Below are positions 38,317-47,675 of a DNA stretch of 64,000 nt, piece by piece. The DNA comes from Candidatus Curtissbacteria bacterium (GTDB taxonomy: Bacteria > Patescibacteriota > Microgenomatia > Curtissbacterales > GWA2-41-24). Every line of letters starts with the position of its first letter. Positions within the stretch are counted from its first letter, which is position 1. The stretch lies in assembly GCA_024654445.1 (NCBI GenBank), contig JANLHP010000017.1, positions 33,009-97,008 on the forward strand, given 5' to 3'. The notes beneath the pieces are model-generated. The model saw only the letters and a program-made list of their open reading frames with translations, was not told the origin of the DNA and made no database searches. The position numbers were made by a program, and so were the translations under genes.

Positions 38317-38712
38317 TTATGCTCTTCTCCTTTTTGTTGCTCTTGGCCCGTTGTGTGGAATCGGCGTTACGTCTGCAATCATTGTTATATCCAGACCGGC
38401 AGACTTGAATGCTCTAATTGCTCCATCTCTCCCCGGCCCGGGACCTTTAATATAAAGCTCGATTTTCGTGACTCCGAGTTCTTTGGCTTTTTTGGCTAGG
38501 TTATCAACTGTTGAAGTTGCAGCATAAGGAGTCGCTTTTCTTGCGCCCTTAAATCCGGATGCCCCAGCAGATCCCCATAAAACAGTATTACCGTTTTCAT
38601 CGGTAATTGTGATTATGGTGTTGTTGAAAGTTGCAGTAACGTAAGCCCTTGCAGTGCTTAAACTTTTTCTACTTCTTTCTTTTGGCTTTGATTTGGTTTT
38701 TGCTTGTGCCAT
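38317..38712 (-). CDS. rpsK: 30S ribosomal protein S11
   Basis: Conserved S11 core and C-terminus. Confidence 0.95.
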   Translation of the reverse strand: MAQAKTKSKPKERSRKSLSTARAYVTATFNNTIITITDENGNTVLWGSAGASGFKGARKATPYAATSTVDNLAKKAKELGVTKIELYIKGPGPGRDGAIRAFKSAGLDITMIADVTPIPHNGPRATKRRRA

Positions 38713-38715
38713 ATA

Positions 38716-39114
38716 TTATTGCTGTTTAGGTGGTTGGTTTGTAACCACTTCTTTTCTGACAGTTCCTATTGTTATTCGTTTGCCTCTTTTGGTTCTGGCG
38801 TTGGTTCTGGTTCTTTGTCCTCGTGCCGGTAAATTTTTCGTGTGTCTCGTACCCCTGTAGCTTCCAATTTCTTGCAACCTTTTAATGTTTCCTTGAACTT
38901 CGCGCCTTAGGTCGCCTTCGACTTTATATTCTTCAAGCGCTTTTTGCAACTTGCTTACTTCACCTTCCGTTAAGTTCTTCGTTCTTGTGCTTGGGTCTAT
39001 TTGACATTTAATTAGAATATCTTTTGTCACCTTTGGCCCAACTCCATATATATAAGGAAGGGAGGCTTCTATTCGTTTTTCGTTTGGTAAGTCTACTCCT
39101 GCAATTCTTGCCAT
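38716..39114 (-). CDS. rpsM: 30S ribosomal protein S13 (true start [10 protein letters not shown]; track ORF begins 36 nt upstream at a GTG inside rpmJ)
   Basis: [17 protein letters not shown]13 N-terminus. Confidence 0.9.
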   Translation of the reverse strand: MARIAGVDLPNEKRIEASLPYIYGVGPKVTKDILIKCQIDPSTRTKNLTEGEVSKLQKALEEYKVEGDLRREVQGNIKRLQEIGSYRGTRHTKNLPARGQRTRTNARTKRGKRITIGTVRKEVVTNQPPKQQ

Positions 39115-39115
39115 G

Positions 39116-39229
39116 TTATCCTTGTCTTTGCTTATGACGAGGGTTAACACAAATTACGTAAAGGACCCCTCGTCTTTTGACGATTTTACAATTTACACAT
39201 CTTTTTCTAACGCTTGCTTGAACTTTCAT
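39116..39229 (-). CDS. rpmJ: 50S ribosomal protein L36 (37 aa; absent from the ORF track)
   Basis: Manual translation [37 protein letters not shown]; Zn-ribbon C..C..C..H; TAA stop one nt before rpsM ATG. Confidence 0.9.
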   Translation of the reverse strand: MKVQASVRKRCVNCKIVKRRGVLYVICVNPRHKQRQG

Positions 39230-39234
39230 ACACT

Positions 39235-39328
39235 TTAAAGGGACACCTACGGTTTCCCTTTAATATTTCCTTTCTCTTTTAGTGGACGATTTTGTACTGG
39301 CAAAGCCAGATCCAAAATTAATTTTATA
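39235..39328. repeat. R1 repeat, copy 3 (between infA and rpmJ)
   Basis: tttaaagggacacctacggtttccctttaatatttcctttctcttttagtggacgattttgtactggcaaagccagatccaaaattaatttta. Confidence 0.8.
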
Positions 39329-39341
39329 TTTTAAACTCATA

Positions 39342-39581
39342 TTACCTAAGTCTGTACGATATTCTCCCTTTTGTTAAATCGTAAGGCGTCATTTCAATCC
39401 TAACTCTGTCTCCGGGAAGGATTCTTACATAATGGATTCTCATTTTTCCGGAAAGATGGCAGAGAACAACCTTGTCTTCTTCAACGCTTGGCAGCGATCC
39501 TCTTGCGATTTTAACCCTAAACATTGTGTTGGGCAGAGCTTCAATTACTTCTCCTTCGACTTCAATGATTCCTGGCTTCAT
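39342..39581 (-). CDS. infA: Translation initiation factor IF-1
   Basis: [20 protein letters not shown]...[33 protein letters not shown]. Confidence 0.95.
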   Translation of the reverse strand: MKPGIIEVEGEVIEALPNTMFRVKIARGSLPSVEEDKVVLCHLSGKMRIHYVRILPGDRVRIEMTPYDLTKGRISYRLR

Positions 39582-39613
39582 GACTTTTGATCCGAAACTG
39601 TATTGTACATAAT

Positions 39614-40363
39614 TTAAAGATACGGCGTCAAGACTATAGGGCCACTTTTTGTGACTGCTATTGTTTTTTCAAACAACCCTCCGAGCGATCCGTCTTCAGT
39701 ACTTATGGTCCAACCATCAGATTCCATCATTATATTACCAGAGCCTTCAGCGTAAATCGCTTCGACTGCAAGCGTCATACCTTCTTTAATTTTTAGTCCT
39801 GTTCCTTCTTCCCCAAAACCTGGAACCATTGGCTCTTCATGAAGTTCTCTACCAATCCCGTGACCCGTCAAGTTTTTTACAACAGAATACCCAGCTTCTT
39901 CTATATTTATTTGCAATGTCGCTGAAATATCTCCGATATGATTGCCTGGCTTTGCCTTTTTGATGGCTTCCTCCAAAGCTTTCCGGCCAACTTCTAAAAA
40001 CTTTTCAGTGGACGGTTTGACTTTGCCTACCGGAACAGAAATAGCCATGTCACTATGGAAACCTTCGTAAAGTGCCCCTGTGTCGATGCTCAAAATATCG
40101 CCCTCCTCTAATTTTCTCTCTGTTGGTATGCCATGTACCACCTGATTATTTATCGTAATGCACGTCGCCCATTTGTAATCTTCGACTGTCGGAAAGGAAA
40201 GTTTCGCTCCATGTTTTTCTATTTCGTCTTGCGCGATTTTATCAAGATCTATACACTTTGCTCCGACTTTTACATTTTGTAAGACTTTTTTTAGAGCAAG
40301 GGCGGCAATTTTCCCAGAAATCTTCATTGACTCTATTTGCTTATCATTTTTTACCATCTTCAT
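39614..40363 (-). CDS. map: Methionine aminopeptidase type I
   Basis: Pita-bread fold metal ligands D..D..H..E..E pattern; 249 aa. Confidence 0.9.
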   Translation of the reverse strand: MKMVKNDKQIESMKISGKIAALALKKVLQNVKVGAKCIDLDKIAQDEIEKHGAKLSFPTVEDYKWATCITINNQVVHGIPTERKLEEGDILSIDTGALYEGFHSDMAISVPVGKVKPSTEKFLEVGRKALEEAIKKAKPGNHIGDISATLQINIEEAGYSVVKNLTGHGIGRELHEEPMVPGFGEEGTGLKIKEGMTLAVEAIYAEGSGNIMMESDGWTISTEDGSLGGLFEKTIAVTKSGPIVLTPYL

Positions 40364-40892
40364 TTTCTTGTACTCTTGCCCTTATGTCTTCGTGAATTTC
40401 CTCAATAGTTCTTTCGCCGTCGATTTCAATTAACATTCCACTTTTTTCAAATTCAGAAATAAGTGGTTCAGTTTCCGAATGAAATAATTCCAGTCTTCTT
40501 TTTATAATATCTTCGCTGTCATCATGCCTTCCCCTTTTTGTGAGCCTTGTGAGCGCCTCATCGTCCGACACCTTAACGTAAATTGCTTTGTCTGCTTTGT
40601 AAGGCAGCTGTTCAAGTTGGGTTATGTTTCTTGGATAACCGTCCAAAACAAAACCACCTTTTGCGTCTGGTTTCTCTAACCTTTGTTTGAGTGCTTCTAT
40701 TGTTATTTCGTTCGGAACAAGATTTCCTGTTTCGAGCGCGTATCTAATTTTTGCCGCATCTTCGTCATTGTCTTCGGCTTTATCCCTAAGAATTTGGCCC
40801 ATTTCGACGTAAGGCAAATTTAATTTCTCTGCAAGCATTTTTGCCTGCGTCGATTTTCCTGATCCCTGAGGGCCAAGAAATATTAGTTTCAT
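40344..40892 (-). CDS. adk: Adenylate kinase (short form)
   Basis: P-loop GPQGSGKSTQA; 182 aa. Confidence 0.9.
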   Translation of the reverse strand: MKLIFLGPQGSGKSTQAKMLAEKLNLPYVEMGQILRDKAEDNDEDAAKIRYALETGNLVPNEITIEALKQRLEKPDAKGGFVLDGYPRNITQLEQLPYKADKAIYVKVSDDEALTRLTKRGRHDDSEDIIKRRLELFHSETEPLISEFEKSGMLIEIDGERTIEEIHEDIRARVQENEDGKK

Positions 40893-42181
40893 TATTTGCG
40901 CCTCCTCAAAAATGAATCATAATCTCTCATTACAAGTTGTGATCCTACCTGCTTGGTTGTTTCCAAAACTACCGAAACGACTATTAAAAGACCTGTACCC
41001 CCAACCATAAGCGTTGAAATCCCCGTTAGTCTTTGACCGATTGACGGAAGAATTGCGATAAGTCCTAAAAATAAAGCGCCAAAAAGCGTGATCCGAAGCG
41101 AGACATAATCCAAAAATGCTTTTGTTGGTTTTCCGGGACGAATTCCGGGGAGAAATCCTCCTTGTTTCATTAACATTTCGGAAATTTGTTTTGTGTTAAA
41201 AGCGACTGTGGTGTAGAAATACGTGAAAGCAACCACAAGTACAAAATATGTGACGTTATAGGCGATGCCTACAGGATTGAATGCTCTTTGAATGGTTTGT
41301 GCTAAATTTGCGACAAAAACGTTCGGTGATGATTGAAGAAAATTTGCAAATGTAGTTGGTAAGAGAATCAATGATACTGCGAAAATTATTGGTATAACAC
41401 CTGCTTGATTTACTCTTAGTGGTATGTAACTTGAAACGACACTAGTTGCCGCATTTGCTGCCCTTCTTGAGTAATTTACAGGAATTGGCCTTCGTGCTTC
41501 CGTAACTATAACTATGGAGACGATGACCAAAAGAGCCATTGCTAAAAAGATTAGGATATTTCTGATTTGACTCGGGTCGAAAACGGACGCGGTCTGAAAT
41601 AAAGTTACGGGTAACCTTGCTACTATTCCTGCGAAAATTATCATTGATATTCCGTTGCCTATGCCCTTTTCTGTAATCAGTTCTCCTAACCACATCAACA
41701 GAATCGTGCCGGCGGCCATCGTCGCGACGAGTGAAAGAAGGCTTAAGGGTGTAATCGTAGAGATGATTTGAGAGTTTCTCAAAAGAATATACATACCAAA
41801 TGACTGCATTACAGCAAGGGGAACAGTGAGGTACCTTGTGTACTGGTTAATTTTCTCTCTACCCGATTCTCCTTCCTTTGCCATCTCGTCTAGTTTTGGA
41901 ATTACCAATTGCAAAAGCTGCATGATAATGCTGGCGTTAATGTAAGGATTTAGGCCGAGGGACATAACAGAAAAATTAGCTAAGGTTCCGCCGGAAAAAA
42001 TGTCGAGAAGAGAGAGTAGCTGACTTTGAGCAAAAATGTTTTTGATTGATGCTAAGTCGACACCTGGAACAGGGACGAAGGCGAAAATTCTAAACACGAG
42101 AAATATAAATGCTGTGAAAAGTATTTTCTTTCTTAATTCTTTTACTCTGAATATTTTCCTGATTAGTTCTAAATATTTCAT
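40892..42181 (-). CDS. secY: Preprotein translocase subunit SecY
   Basis: 10 TM, conserved SecY blocks; 429 aa. Confidence 0.95.
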   Translation of the reverse strand: MKYLELIRKIFRVKELRKKILFTAFIFLVFRIFAFVPVPGVDLASIKNIFAQSQLLSLLDIFSGGTLANFSVMSLGLNPYINASIIMQLLQLVIPKLDEMAKEGESGREKINQYTRYLTVPLAVMQSFGMYILLRNSQIISTITPLSLLSLVATMAAGTILLMWLGELITEKGIGNGISMIIFAGIVARLPVTLFQTASVFDPSQIRNILIFLAMALLVIVSIVIVTEARRPIPVNYSRRAANAATSVVSSYIPLRVNQAGVIPIIFAVSLILLPTTFANFLQSSPNVFVANLAQTIQRAFNPVGIAYNVTYFVLVVAFTYFYTTVAFNTKQISEMLMKQGGFLPGIRPGKPTKAFLDYVSLRITLFGALFLGLIAILPSIGQRLTGISTLMVGGTGLLIVVSVVLETTKQVGSQLVMRDYDSFLRRRK

Positions 42182-42702
42182 TTGCTAGGTATTTCTTTTT
42201 TAGGTGAAGGTTTAACTGGTTTTTTGGTTGTTGTTTTTTCTGTCTTTTGGACATCACCAGGTAGGATTTTACCTCCTGCTTGGGTGATTTTTTCTGCTGC
42301 GCTTTTTGATGTCGGGAGAGCAATGTTAAGAGAATTTGTTAGAATTCCTTCGCCTAAAATTTTGACTCCATAGACTTTTGCATCTGCCTTATCAACGATT
42401 CTTAATTCTATTAGGGTCTCTAGATTAACTGCTGATCCTTTGGGAATGCTACTTAAGTCGCGCAGGTTTACAACTAGAGGTTTTTTAGATATCTTTTTAT
42501 TCCCTTTGCCTCTTCTATAGGGGAGCCTTTTGAAAAGAGGCCTTTGACCACCTTCAAAATGAGGATGTCCAATTGATAGTTTTCCTCTTGCATTTTGACC
42601 TTTTTGCCCCCTGCCGCTGGTTTTCCCTTTCCCTGATCCCGGCCCTCGGCCAATCCTTTTCGGGGAGTTCTTTTTTAGTTTTGGTAATTTATCAAGTTTC
42701 AT
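42178..42702 (-). CDS. rplO: 50S ribosomal protein L15 with Lys/Pro-rich C-terminal tail
   Basis: GRGPGSGKGKTSGRGQKGQ; directly follows rpsE with no L30 gene between. Confidence 0.9.
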   Translation of the reverse strand: MKLDKLPKLKKNSPKRIGRGPGSGKGKTSGRGQKGQNARGKLSIGHPHFEGGQRPLFKRLPYRRGKGNKKISKKPLVVNLRDLSSIPKGSAVNLETLIELRIVDKADAKVYGVKILGEGILTNSLNIALPTSKSAAEKITQAGGKILPGDVQKTEKTTTKKPVKPSPKKEIPSK

Positions 42703-43154
42703 CTTTCAAGACTTTTAAGCGCTTCCAAAGTTGCGTAAACGTTGGAAGCTTGATTTTTAGTTCCAAGAACTTTACTTGAAATATTCCTAATTCCAGCTGC
42801 TTCTACTACGCTTCTTACTGCGCCGCCTGCAATTACACCCGAACCTTCGGGAGCGGGTTTAAGGATGATTTTTGCGGCTCCTCTTTTAATATAAACATCG
42901 TGAGGAATCGTTCCGTTTACCAAAGGCACCTCTATTAAATGCTTTTTGGCGTAAGCGATTCCTTTTCTTATTCCAGAAGATACGTCTTTTGCTTTTCCAA
43001 GACCCACACCTACTCTGCCTTTTTTATCGCCTATTACCATCAAAACGGAAAAGCCTATTTTGTTTCCGCCCTGAGTTTTTTTGGATACCCTGTTGACTTG
43101 AATGACTTTTTCGTCGAATTCTTTAGGTTGGTCTTGATAATATGGATTTGCCAT
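42699..43154 (-). CDS. rpsE: 30S ribosomal protein S5
   Basis: dsRBD plus S5 C-domain. Confidence 0.95.
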   Translation of the reverse strand: MANPYYQDQPKEFDEKVIQVNRVSKKTQGGNKIGFSVLMVIGDKKGRVGVGLGKAKDVSSGIRKGIAYAKKHLIEVPLVNGTIPHDVYIKRGAAKIILKPAPEGSGVIAGGAVRSVVEAAGIRNISSKVLGTKNQASNVYATLEALKSLER

Positions 43155-43156
43155 TT

Positions 43157-43504
43157 TTAGAAGATTAACCCTCCTTCTCTCGCGCCTTCTGCGAGCGCTT
43201 TAACTCTTCCACTATATTTGTAGCCTCCACGGTCGAAAACTACTTTTTTGATTTTTTTAACAAGCGCGGCTTTTGCGAGTTCTGTTCCTACCTTCTTCGC
43301 TTTTTCGACTTTATTTTCCTTCTCGCCAGACTTGATGGCACTTGATGCCGCAACAAGCGTTTTAGAGTTTGTGTCGTCTATTATTTGTGCGTACAAGAAT
43401 TTATTAGATCTGTACACAGTCAGTCGTGGCTGTTCGCTGGTTCCCGAAATTCTTCTTCTTATTTTGAAATGTCGCTTTTGTCTTTTAAGTTGTTTGTTTA
43501 CCAT
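43157..43504 (-). CDS. rplR: 50S ribosomal protein L18
   Basis: L18 conserved core. Confidence 0.9.
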   Translation of the reverse strand: MVNKQLKRQKRHFKIRRRISGTSEQPRLTVYRSNKFLYAQIIDDTNSKTLVAASSAIKSGEKENKVEKAKKVGTELAKAALVKKIKKVVFDRGGYKYSGRVKALAEGAREGGLIF

Positions 43505-43507
43505 AGA

Positions 43508-44050
43508 TTATTGCGCAGTTTTGACTGCTTTGCCTGCCTTTCTTCTTACAATCTCACCGGCGTATTTGATACCTTTCCCTTTGTAAGGCTCAGGCGGTCT
43601 TACTCTTCTGATTTTAGCGGCTACTTCACCGACCAGAACTTTATCGGCGCCGCTTATTATTATTTTGTTTTCTTTGGCTTCGATATTTATACCTTTGATT
43701 TGTTCAAAGGTCACGGGATGCGAATATCCAATATTCAATACCAGACTCTCGCCTTGTTTTGCTGCGCGGTAACCAACACCAACGAGTTCCAAAACTTTTT
43801 CGTGCCCATCTGTTACACCCTTTACCATATTTGCAATAACGCTTCTGGTTAACCCGTGAAGAGATTTAGCAAATTTTGTTTCTGAAAGGCGATTTACGTC
43901 TACTTTCCCGTCATTCACATCGACTTTTATTTCTGGACGAATTTGGAATGACAATTCACCCTTTGGGCCCACTACGTTAATTTGAGAATCCATCACGGAA
44001 ACCGTAACGCCTTGTGGGATCGGTACTGGTTGTTTTCCTATCTTTGACAT
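43508..44050 (-). CDS. rplF: 50S ribosomal protein L6
   Basis: MSKIGKQPVPIPQGVTV. Confidence 0.95.
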   Translation of the reverse strand: MSKIGKQPVPIPQGVTVSVMDSQINVVGPKGELSFQIRPEIKVDVNDGKVDVNRLSETKFAKSLHGLTRSVIANMVKGVTDGHEKVLELVGVGYRAAKQGESLVLNIGYSHPVTFEQIKGINIEAKENKIIISGADKVLVGEVAAKIRRVRPPEPYKGKGIKYAGEIVRRKAGKAVKTAQ

Positions 44051-44110
44051 AATATGCTCCTTTCAGTCGCAAGAATCTCAAAGTTCAAAGTGCAAAGTTC
44101 AAAATTGAGG
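44051..44110. promoter_or_regulatory. Conserved leader motif R3 upstream of rplF (minus-strand sense TTTGAACTTTGCACTTTGAACTTTGAG...TGCGACTGAAAGGAGCA-ATG)
   Basis: Same 45-60 nt motif with SD GAAAGGAG recurs at 44547..44607 and 46880..46945. Confidence 0.6.
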
Positions 44111-44170
44111 AAGCCAAAAGATTTTTGGCTTTTTATTTTGATATTTGATATTTGATATTTGATATTTTTG
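44111..44170. repeat. Hairpin (gccaaaagatttttggc) followed by microsatellite (TTTGATA)x4-5
   Basis: gccaaaagatttttggctttttattttgatatttgatatttgatatttgatattttt. Confidence 0.8.
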
Positions 44171-44171
44171 G

Positions 44172-44546
44172 TTACCATACAATACATATCACTTCTCCCC
44201 CTAATTTTTTAGACCTTGCATCGCTTCCCGTCATAACACCTTGAGGTGTAGAAACAATTGTTATGCCTCTTCCGCCTTTTATAGACTTAATATCTTTGCT
44301 TTTTGTGTAAACTCTAAGACCTAATTTAGAGACTTTTTTGACTTCTTTTAACTTTGGTTTATTGTTTTCGTATAAGAGACCTACTTCGAGTTTAGTGTCT
44401 GTTTTTTGAACGCTAGCGATAAATTTACTTTTTTCTAAAACTTTAGCAATCTCAAATTTGAATTTTGAATGCGGCATAGAAACGGTTTGTTTCCGGGCCA
44501 TATAACCATTTTTTATCGCAACTAACATGTCTGCTATTGGATCCAC
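44172..44546 (-). CDS. rpsH: 30S ribosomal protein S8
   Basis: MDPIADMLVAIKNG. Confidence 0.95.
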   Translation of the reverse strand: MDPIADMLVAIKNGYMARKQTVSMPHSKFKFEIAKVLEKSKFIASVQKTDTKLEVGLLYENNKPKLKEVKKVSKLGLRVYTKSKDIKSIKGGRGITIVSTPQGVMTGSDARSKKLGGEVICIVW

Positions 44547-44607
44547 TGTTTTGCTCCTTTCTGTCGCAAAAATTTTAAATTTAAAATTTCAAATTTAAAG
44601 TTAATTA
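44547..44607. promoter_or_regulatory. R3 leader motif upstream of rpsH
   Basis: minus-sense ...TTTAAATTTGAAATTTTAAATTTAAAATTTTTGCGACAGAAAGGAGCAAAACA-ATG. Confidence 0.55.
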
Positions 44608-44793
44608 TTACCATGATGATTTTTTCACTCCTGGCACTTCTCCTTTATGAACAAGTTCCCTGAAACAAAGCCTGCACATACCAAATTTTCTTAGATAAGC
44701 CCTTGGCCTGCCGCATAGACGGCAACGGTTTCTGTGCCTTACTTCAAATTTCTGCTTTTTATCGTTTTTAATAACTTTAGATTTTCTTGCCAT
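44608..44793 (-). CDS. rpsN: 30S ribosomal protein S14 type Z (Zn-binding)
   Basis: [23 protein letters not shown]; 61 aa. Confidence 0.95.
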   Translation of the reverse strand: MARKSKVIKNDKKQKFEVRHRNRCRLCGRPRAYLRKFGMCRLCFRELVHKGEVPGVKKSSW

Positions 44794-44795
44794 TT

Positions 44796-45338
44796 TTAAA
44801 CTTTTCTAAATGGAACTCCAATTTGTTCCAATAATTTTTTGGATTTCTCTGGATCACTATTTTTGATAACGATTGTGACAACTAAACCTCTAACTTTGTC
44901 TACTTTCGAATAATCAACTTCCGAAAATAGAACTTGTTCCGCAATACCGAGACTGTAATTGCCCGCACGGTCAAATTTATCTGTCGTAAGCCCGCGGAAA
45001 TCTCTCATTTTTGGTAGAACTATAATTGTTAATTTTTCTAAAAAGTTCCATGCCTTCTTGCCTCTTAGGGTAACTGCAAGTCCTATTTCGTCTCCTTGTC
45101 TCAGAGAGAATCCCGAGATAGCTTTTTTTGCTTTCGTAACCCTTGGTTTTTGTCCAGAAATAGCTGCCAGTTGTTCCGCTGCTTTTGCCATTACTTCTTT
45201 GTTCCCTGCAGCTTCTGCTAGCCCCATATTCAAAACGACTTTTTCGATACGGGGAACCGAGAGGTTGTTCGTAAGTTTTAATTCCTCTTTTAACTTTGGT
45301 AACACTTGTTCGTTGTATATTGCCTGCAGTGATGCCAT
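44796..45338 (-). CDS. rplE: 50S ribosomal protein L5
   Basis: L5 core. Confidence 0.95.
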   Translation of the reverse strand: MASLQAIYNEQVLPKLKEELKLTNNLSVPRIEKVVLNMGLAEAAGNKEVMAKAAEQLAAISGQKPRVTKAKKAISGFSLRQGDEIGLAVTLRGKKAWNFLEKLTIIVLPKMRDFRGLTTDKFDRAGNYSLGIAEQVLFSEVDYSKVDKVRGLVVTIVIKNSDPEKSKKLLEQIGVPFRKV

Positions 45339-45339
45339 T

Positions 45340-45645
45340 TTATATTTCTCCTTTACACTTCTTGCATATCCTTTTTTTAGTTTTACCTTCTATTTGAAAC
45401 CCAACCCTTGTCGGTTTACCGCATTTAGGGCAAATAAGAGCTGCTTTAGATATAACAATTGGTCTTGTTATTTCATATATACCGGCCTTTTGAGTTGCGG
45501 TCGCTTTTTTATGCCTTTTATAAACGTTTACTCCAGCGACCACTATTTTGCTTTCTTTGGCCAAAACTTTTTCGACTTTGCCTTTTTTACCTTTGTCTTT
45601 GCCTACGTTTATTAAGACTTCATCACCGGCTTTAATTTTTAACAT
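45340..45645 (-). CDS. rplX: 50S ribosomal protein L24 (start taken as MLKIKAGDEV)
   Basis: KOW motif KIKAGDEVLINVGKDKGKKGKV. Confidence 0.9.
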   Translation of the reverse strand: MLKIKAGDEVLINVGKDKGKKGKVEKVLAKESKIVVAGVNVYKRHKKATATQKAGIYEITRPIVISKAALICPKCGKPTRVGFQIEGKTKKRICKKCKGEI

Positions 45646-45646
45646 T

Positions 45647-46015
45647 TTAAACGACCTCCTTGGCGAGTGACGCAATTTTAGCGAAACCTTTTTCTTTTAC
45701 TTCCTGCGCGATGGGTCCGAATATTCTGGTTCCCCTAGGTGCTTTTGTTTGGTCTATTATCACGGCAGCGTTTTCGGAAAACCTGACGTATGAGCCGTCT
45801 CTTCTTCTCGTTTCTTTTCTTGTTCTGACAATTACAGCCTTAACCTTTTCGTGATCTTTAACTTGTCCTGTTGGACTTGCTCCGTGGACAACACACGTCG
45901 CAATTTCTCCAAGCCTGAGAAACCTTTTCCCTGTGCCCTTACCCATACCAATTACATAGAGACCTTTTGCGCCACTATTGTCTGCAACAATTAGTTTTGA
46001 TCTTTTAATGAGCAT
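45647..46015 (-). CDS. rplN: 50S ribosomal protein L14
   Basis: MLIKRSKLIVADNSGAK. Confidence 0.95.
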   Translation of the reverse strand: MLIKRSKLIVADNSGAKGLYVIGMGKGTGKRFLRLGEIATCVVHGASPTGQVKDHEKVKAVIVRTRKETRRRDGSYVRFSENAAVIIDQTKAPRGTRIFGPIAQEVKEKGFAKIASLAKEVV

Positions 46016-46246
46016 TTAAGATACAACCTCCAAAACTTTAAAATGGACATCTTTTGAAAAAGGTTTTGATTCTATGATTTTGACGGTTTGACCAACCTTA
46101 ACTTCTAGATCGTTATGCGCTTTAAATTTTTTGGTTCTTGTAATTTGCTTTTTGTACAGAGGATGCTTTATCTTGCTTGCTACATTAACAACGACTGTGT
46201 TTTGCATTTTGACAGAAACCACTGTACCTTGTTTAACTTGTGGCAT
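46016..46246 (-). CDS. rpsQ: 30S ribosomal protein S17
   Basis: S17 OB fold; 76 aa. Confidence 0.95.
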   Translation of the reverse strand: MPQVKQGTVVSVKMQNTVVVNVASKIKHPLYKKQITRTKKFKAHNDLEVKVGQTVKIIESKPFSKDVHFKVLEVVS

Positions 46247-46469
46247 TTTTGTCCTCCTTCGCTACTTTGTCTGCACTTATTTTTGCCGAAAGTATAGTCT
46301 TAGCTATTGCTATTTCTTTTCTCTTTGAATTTGCCATGTGTACGTTTTTAACTTTTCCCATTCTTGTTTCTAGCTGAGTGTTAGCAACTTCTTTTCTAAA
46401 ATCTTGAATTGTTTTTTTAAGATCATCTACTGTTTTATTTTTTAAACTATCAAATTCGTTTTTTTTCAT
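46233..46469 (-). CDS. rpmC: 50S ribosomal protein L29
   Basis: Position between rplP and rpsQ, helical 78-aa protein. Confidence 0.85.
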   Translation of the reverse strand: MKKNEFDSLKNKTVDDLKKTIQDFRKEVANTQLETRMGKVKNVHMANSKRKEIAIAKTILSAKISADKVAKEDKNATS

Positions 46470-46471
46470 CT

Positions 46472-46879
46472 TTATCCTTTTGTTACTATTTTTGTCTTAA
46501 GTGGTAACTTATGAGCTGCAAGTCTCATTGCCTCCATGGCAACTTTTTCCTCTACTGCTCCCATTTCAAAAATGATTACTCCAGGTCTTACAACTGCAAC
46601 GTATTGGTCAACGTCACCTTTACCAGAACCCATACGGGTTTCTGCTGGCTTTTTGGTAACAGGTTTGTCTGGAAAAATCCTAATCCAAATACGCCCACCT
46701 CTTTTGGTATAGTGAGTCATTGCGCGCCTTGCCGCTTCAATTTGCCTGGCAGTCACCCAACCCGCCGCCTGACTTTTGAGTCCATATGAACCAAAGGCGA
46801 GGACGCTGCCTCTTATCGAGACGCCACCCATTTTCCCTCTAAATTGTTTCCTAAATTTTGCTCTTTTTGGCGCTAACAT
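46472..46879 (-). CDS. rplP: 50S ribosomal protein L16
   Basis: [17 protein letters not shown]. Confidence 0.95.
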   Translation of the reverse strand: MLAPKRAKFRKQFRGKMGGVSIRGSVLAFGSYGLKSQAAGWVTARQIEAARRAMTHYTKRGGRIWIRIFPDKPVTKKPAETRMGSGKGDVDQYVAVVRPGVIIFEMGAVEEKVAMEAMRLAAHKLPLKTKIVTKG

Positions 46880-46945
46880 GGTTTGCTCCTTTCAGTCGCA
46901 GAAAGTTTAAAGTTCAAAGTGCAAAGTTCAAAGTTAAGGAGGTTA
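46880..46945. promoter_or_regulatory. R3 leader motif upstream of rplP; followed (46990..47030) by tttgatttttgacttttgatttttgatg short tandem repeats
   Basis: minus-sense TTTGAACTTTGCACTTTGAACTTTAAACTTTCTGCGACTGAAAGGAGCAAACC-ATG. Confidence 0.6.
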
Positions 46946-47033
46946 ACTTCGTTAACTTTTAATTTTATTGTTCGAGCGAAGTCGAGAACTTCCATAAATT
47001 TGATTTTTGACTTTTGATTTTTGATGTTGTTAT

Positions 47034-47675
47034 TCATGCTTCTTGTTTTAATATCCAAACTTTTACTCCCACGATTCCTGCTTTTGGAACTTTAACGTGT
47101 ATTTTGGCAAAGTCTATTTCCGCTCTAATTGTGTGCAGTGGTATGGCACCGTCTTTTACAGTTTCACGACGTGCTATTTCCGAACCACCAAGTCTTCCTG
47201 CAAGCGATATTCTTACGCCTTTTGCGCCCGATCTTTTTGCTCGTTCCAAAGATTGAGACATTACTCTCCTAAACGGTATTCTTCTTGTCAGCTGGTCGCC
47301 GATGTTTGTCGCAACCAGATAGGCATTTAGGTCCGGAGATTTAACTTCCTCAAATTTTATTTCTAATTTACCCGGATCCGAGATTTTAAATTTTTTGATT
47401 AACGCTTCTTTAAGTTGTTCAATCCCCGTACCTCCTCTGCCGATTGCGACACCGGGTCTTGCTACGTGAATAAATATGGTTCTTTTGTCGAAGGACCTTT
47501 CGATTTCTACTTCAGTTATACCTGCAGCTCTAAGGTTTTCCATTAAGTACTTTCTCAGCTGTTGATCTTCAAGTAGCTGCTTTGCGTATACTTCACCCTT
47601 TGGCGCAAACCATCTTGACTTCCAGGTGTAAACGGTTCCTAATCTGAATCCGAAAGGACTAACTTTTTGTCCCAT
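47034..47675 (-). CDS. rpsC: 30S ribosomal protein S3 (start taken as MGQKVSPFGFRLG)
   Basis: KH and S3-C domains. Confidence 0.95.
   Translation of the reverse strand: MGQKVSPFGFRLGTVYTWKSRWFAPKGEVYAKQLLEDQQLRKYLMENLRAAGITEVEIERSFDKRTIFIHVARPGVAIGRGGTGIEQLKEALIKKFKISDPGKLEIKFEEVKSPDLNAYLVATNIGDQLTRRIPFRRVMSQSLERAKRSGAKGVRISLAGRLGGSEIARRETVKDGAIPLHTIRAEIDFAKIHVKVPKAGIVGVKVWILKQEA

Noticed and set aside
44138-44168. Possible CRISPR array from short direct repeats (TTTGATA)n and the recurring R1 copies
   Set aside because: The 7-nt units are contiguous with no spacers. R1 copies are 2-10 kb apart with genes between them and no regular repeat-spacer periodicity or cas genes.
46873-47058. 61-aa minus-strand ORF in the rplP-rpsC spacer
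   Set aside because: Composed of the R3 leader plus TTTTGA tandem repeats. Lys/Asn-rich translation of AT-repeat DNA.
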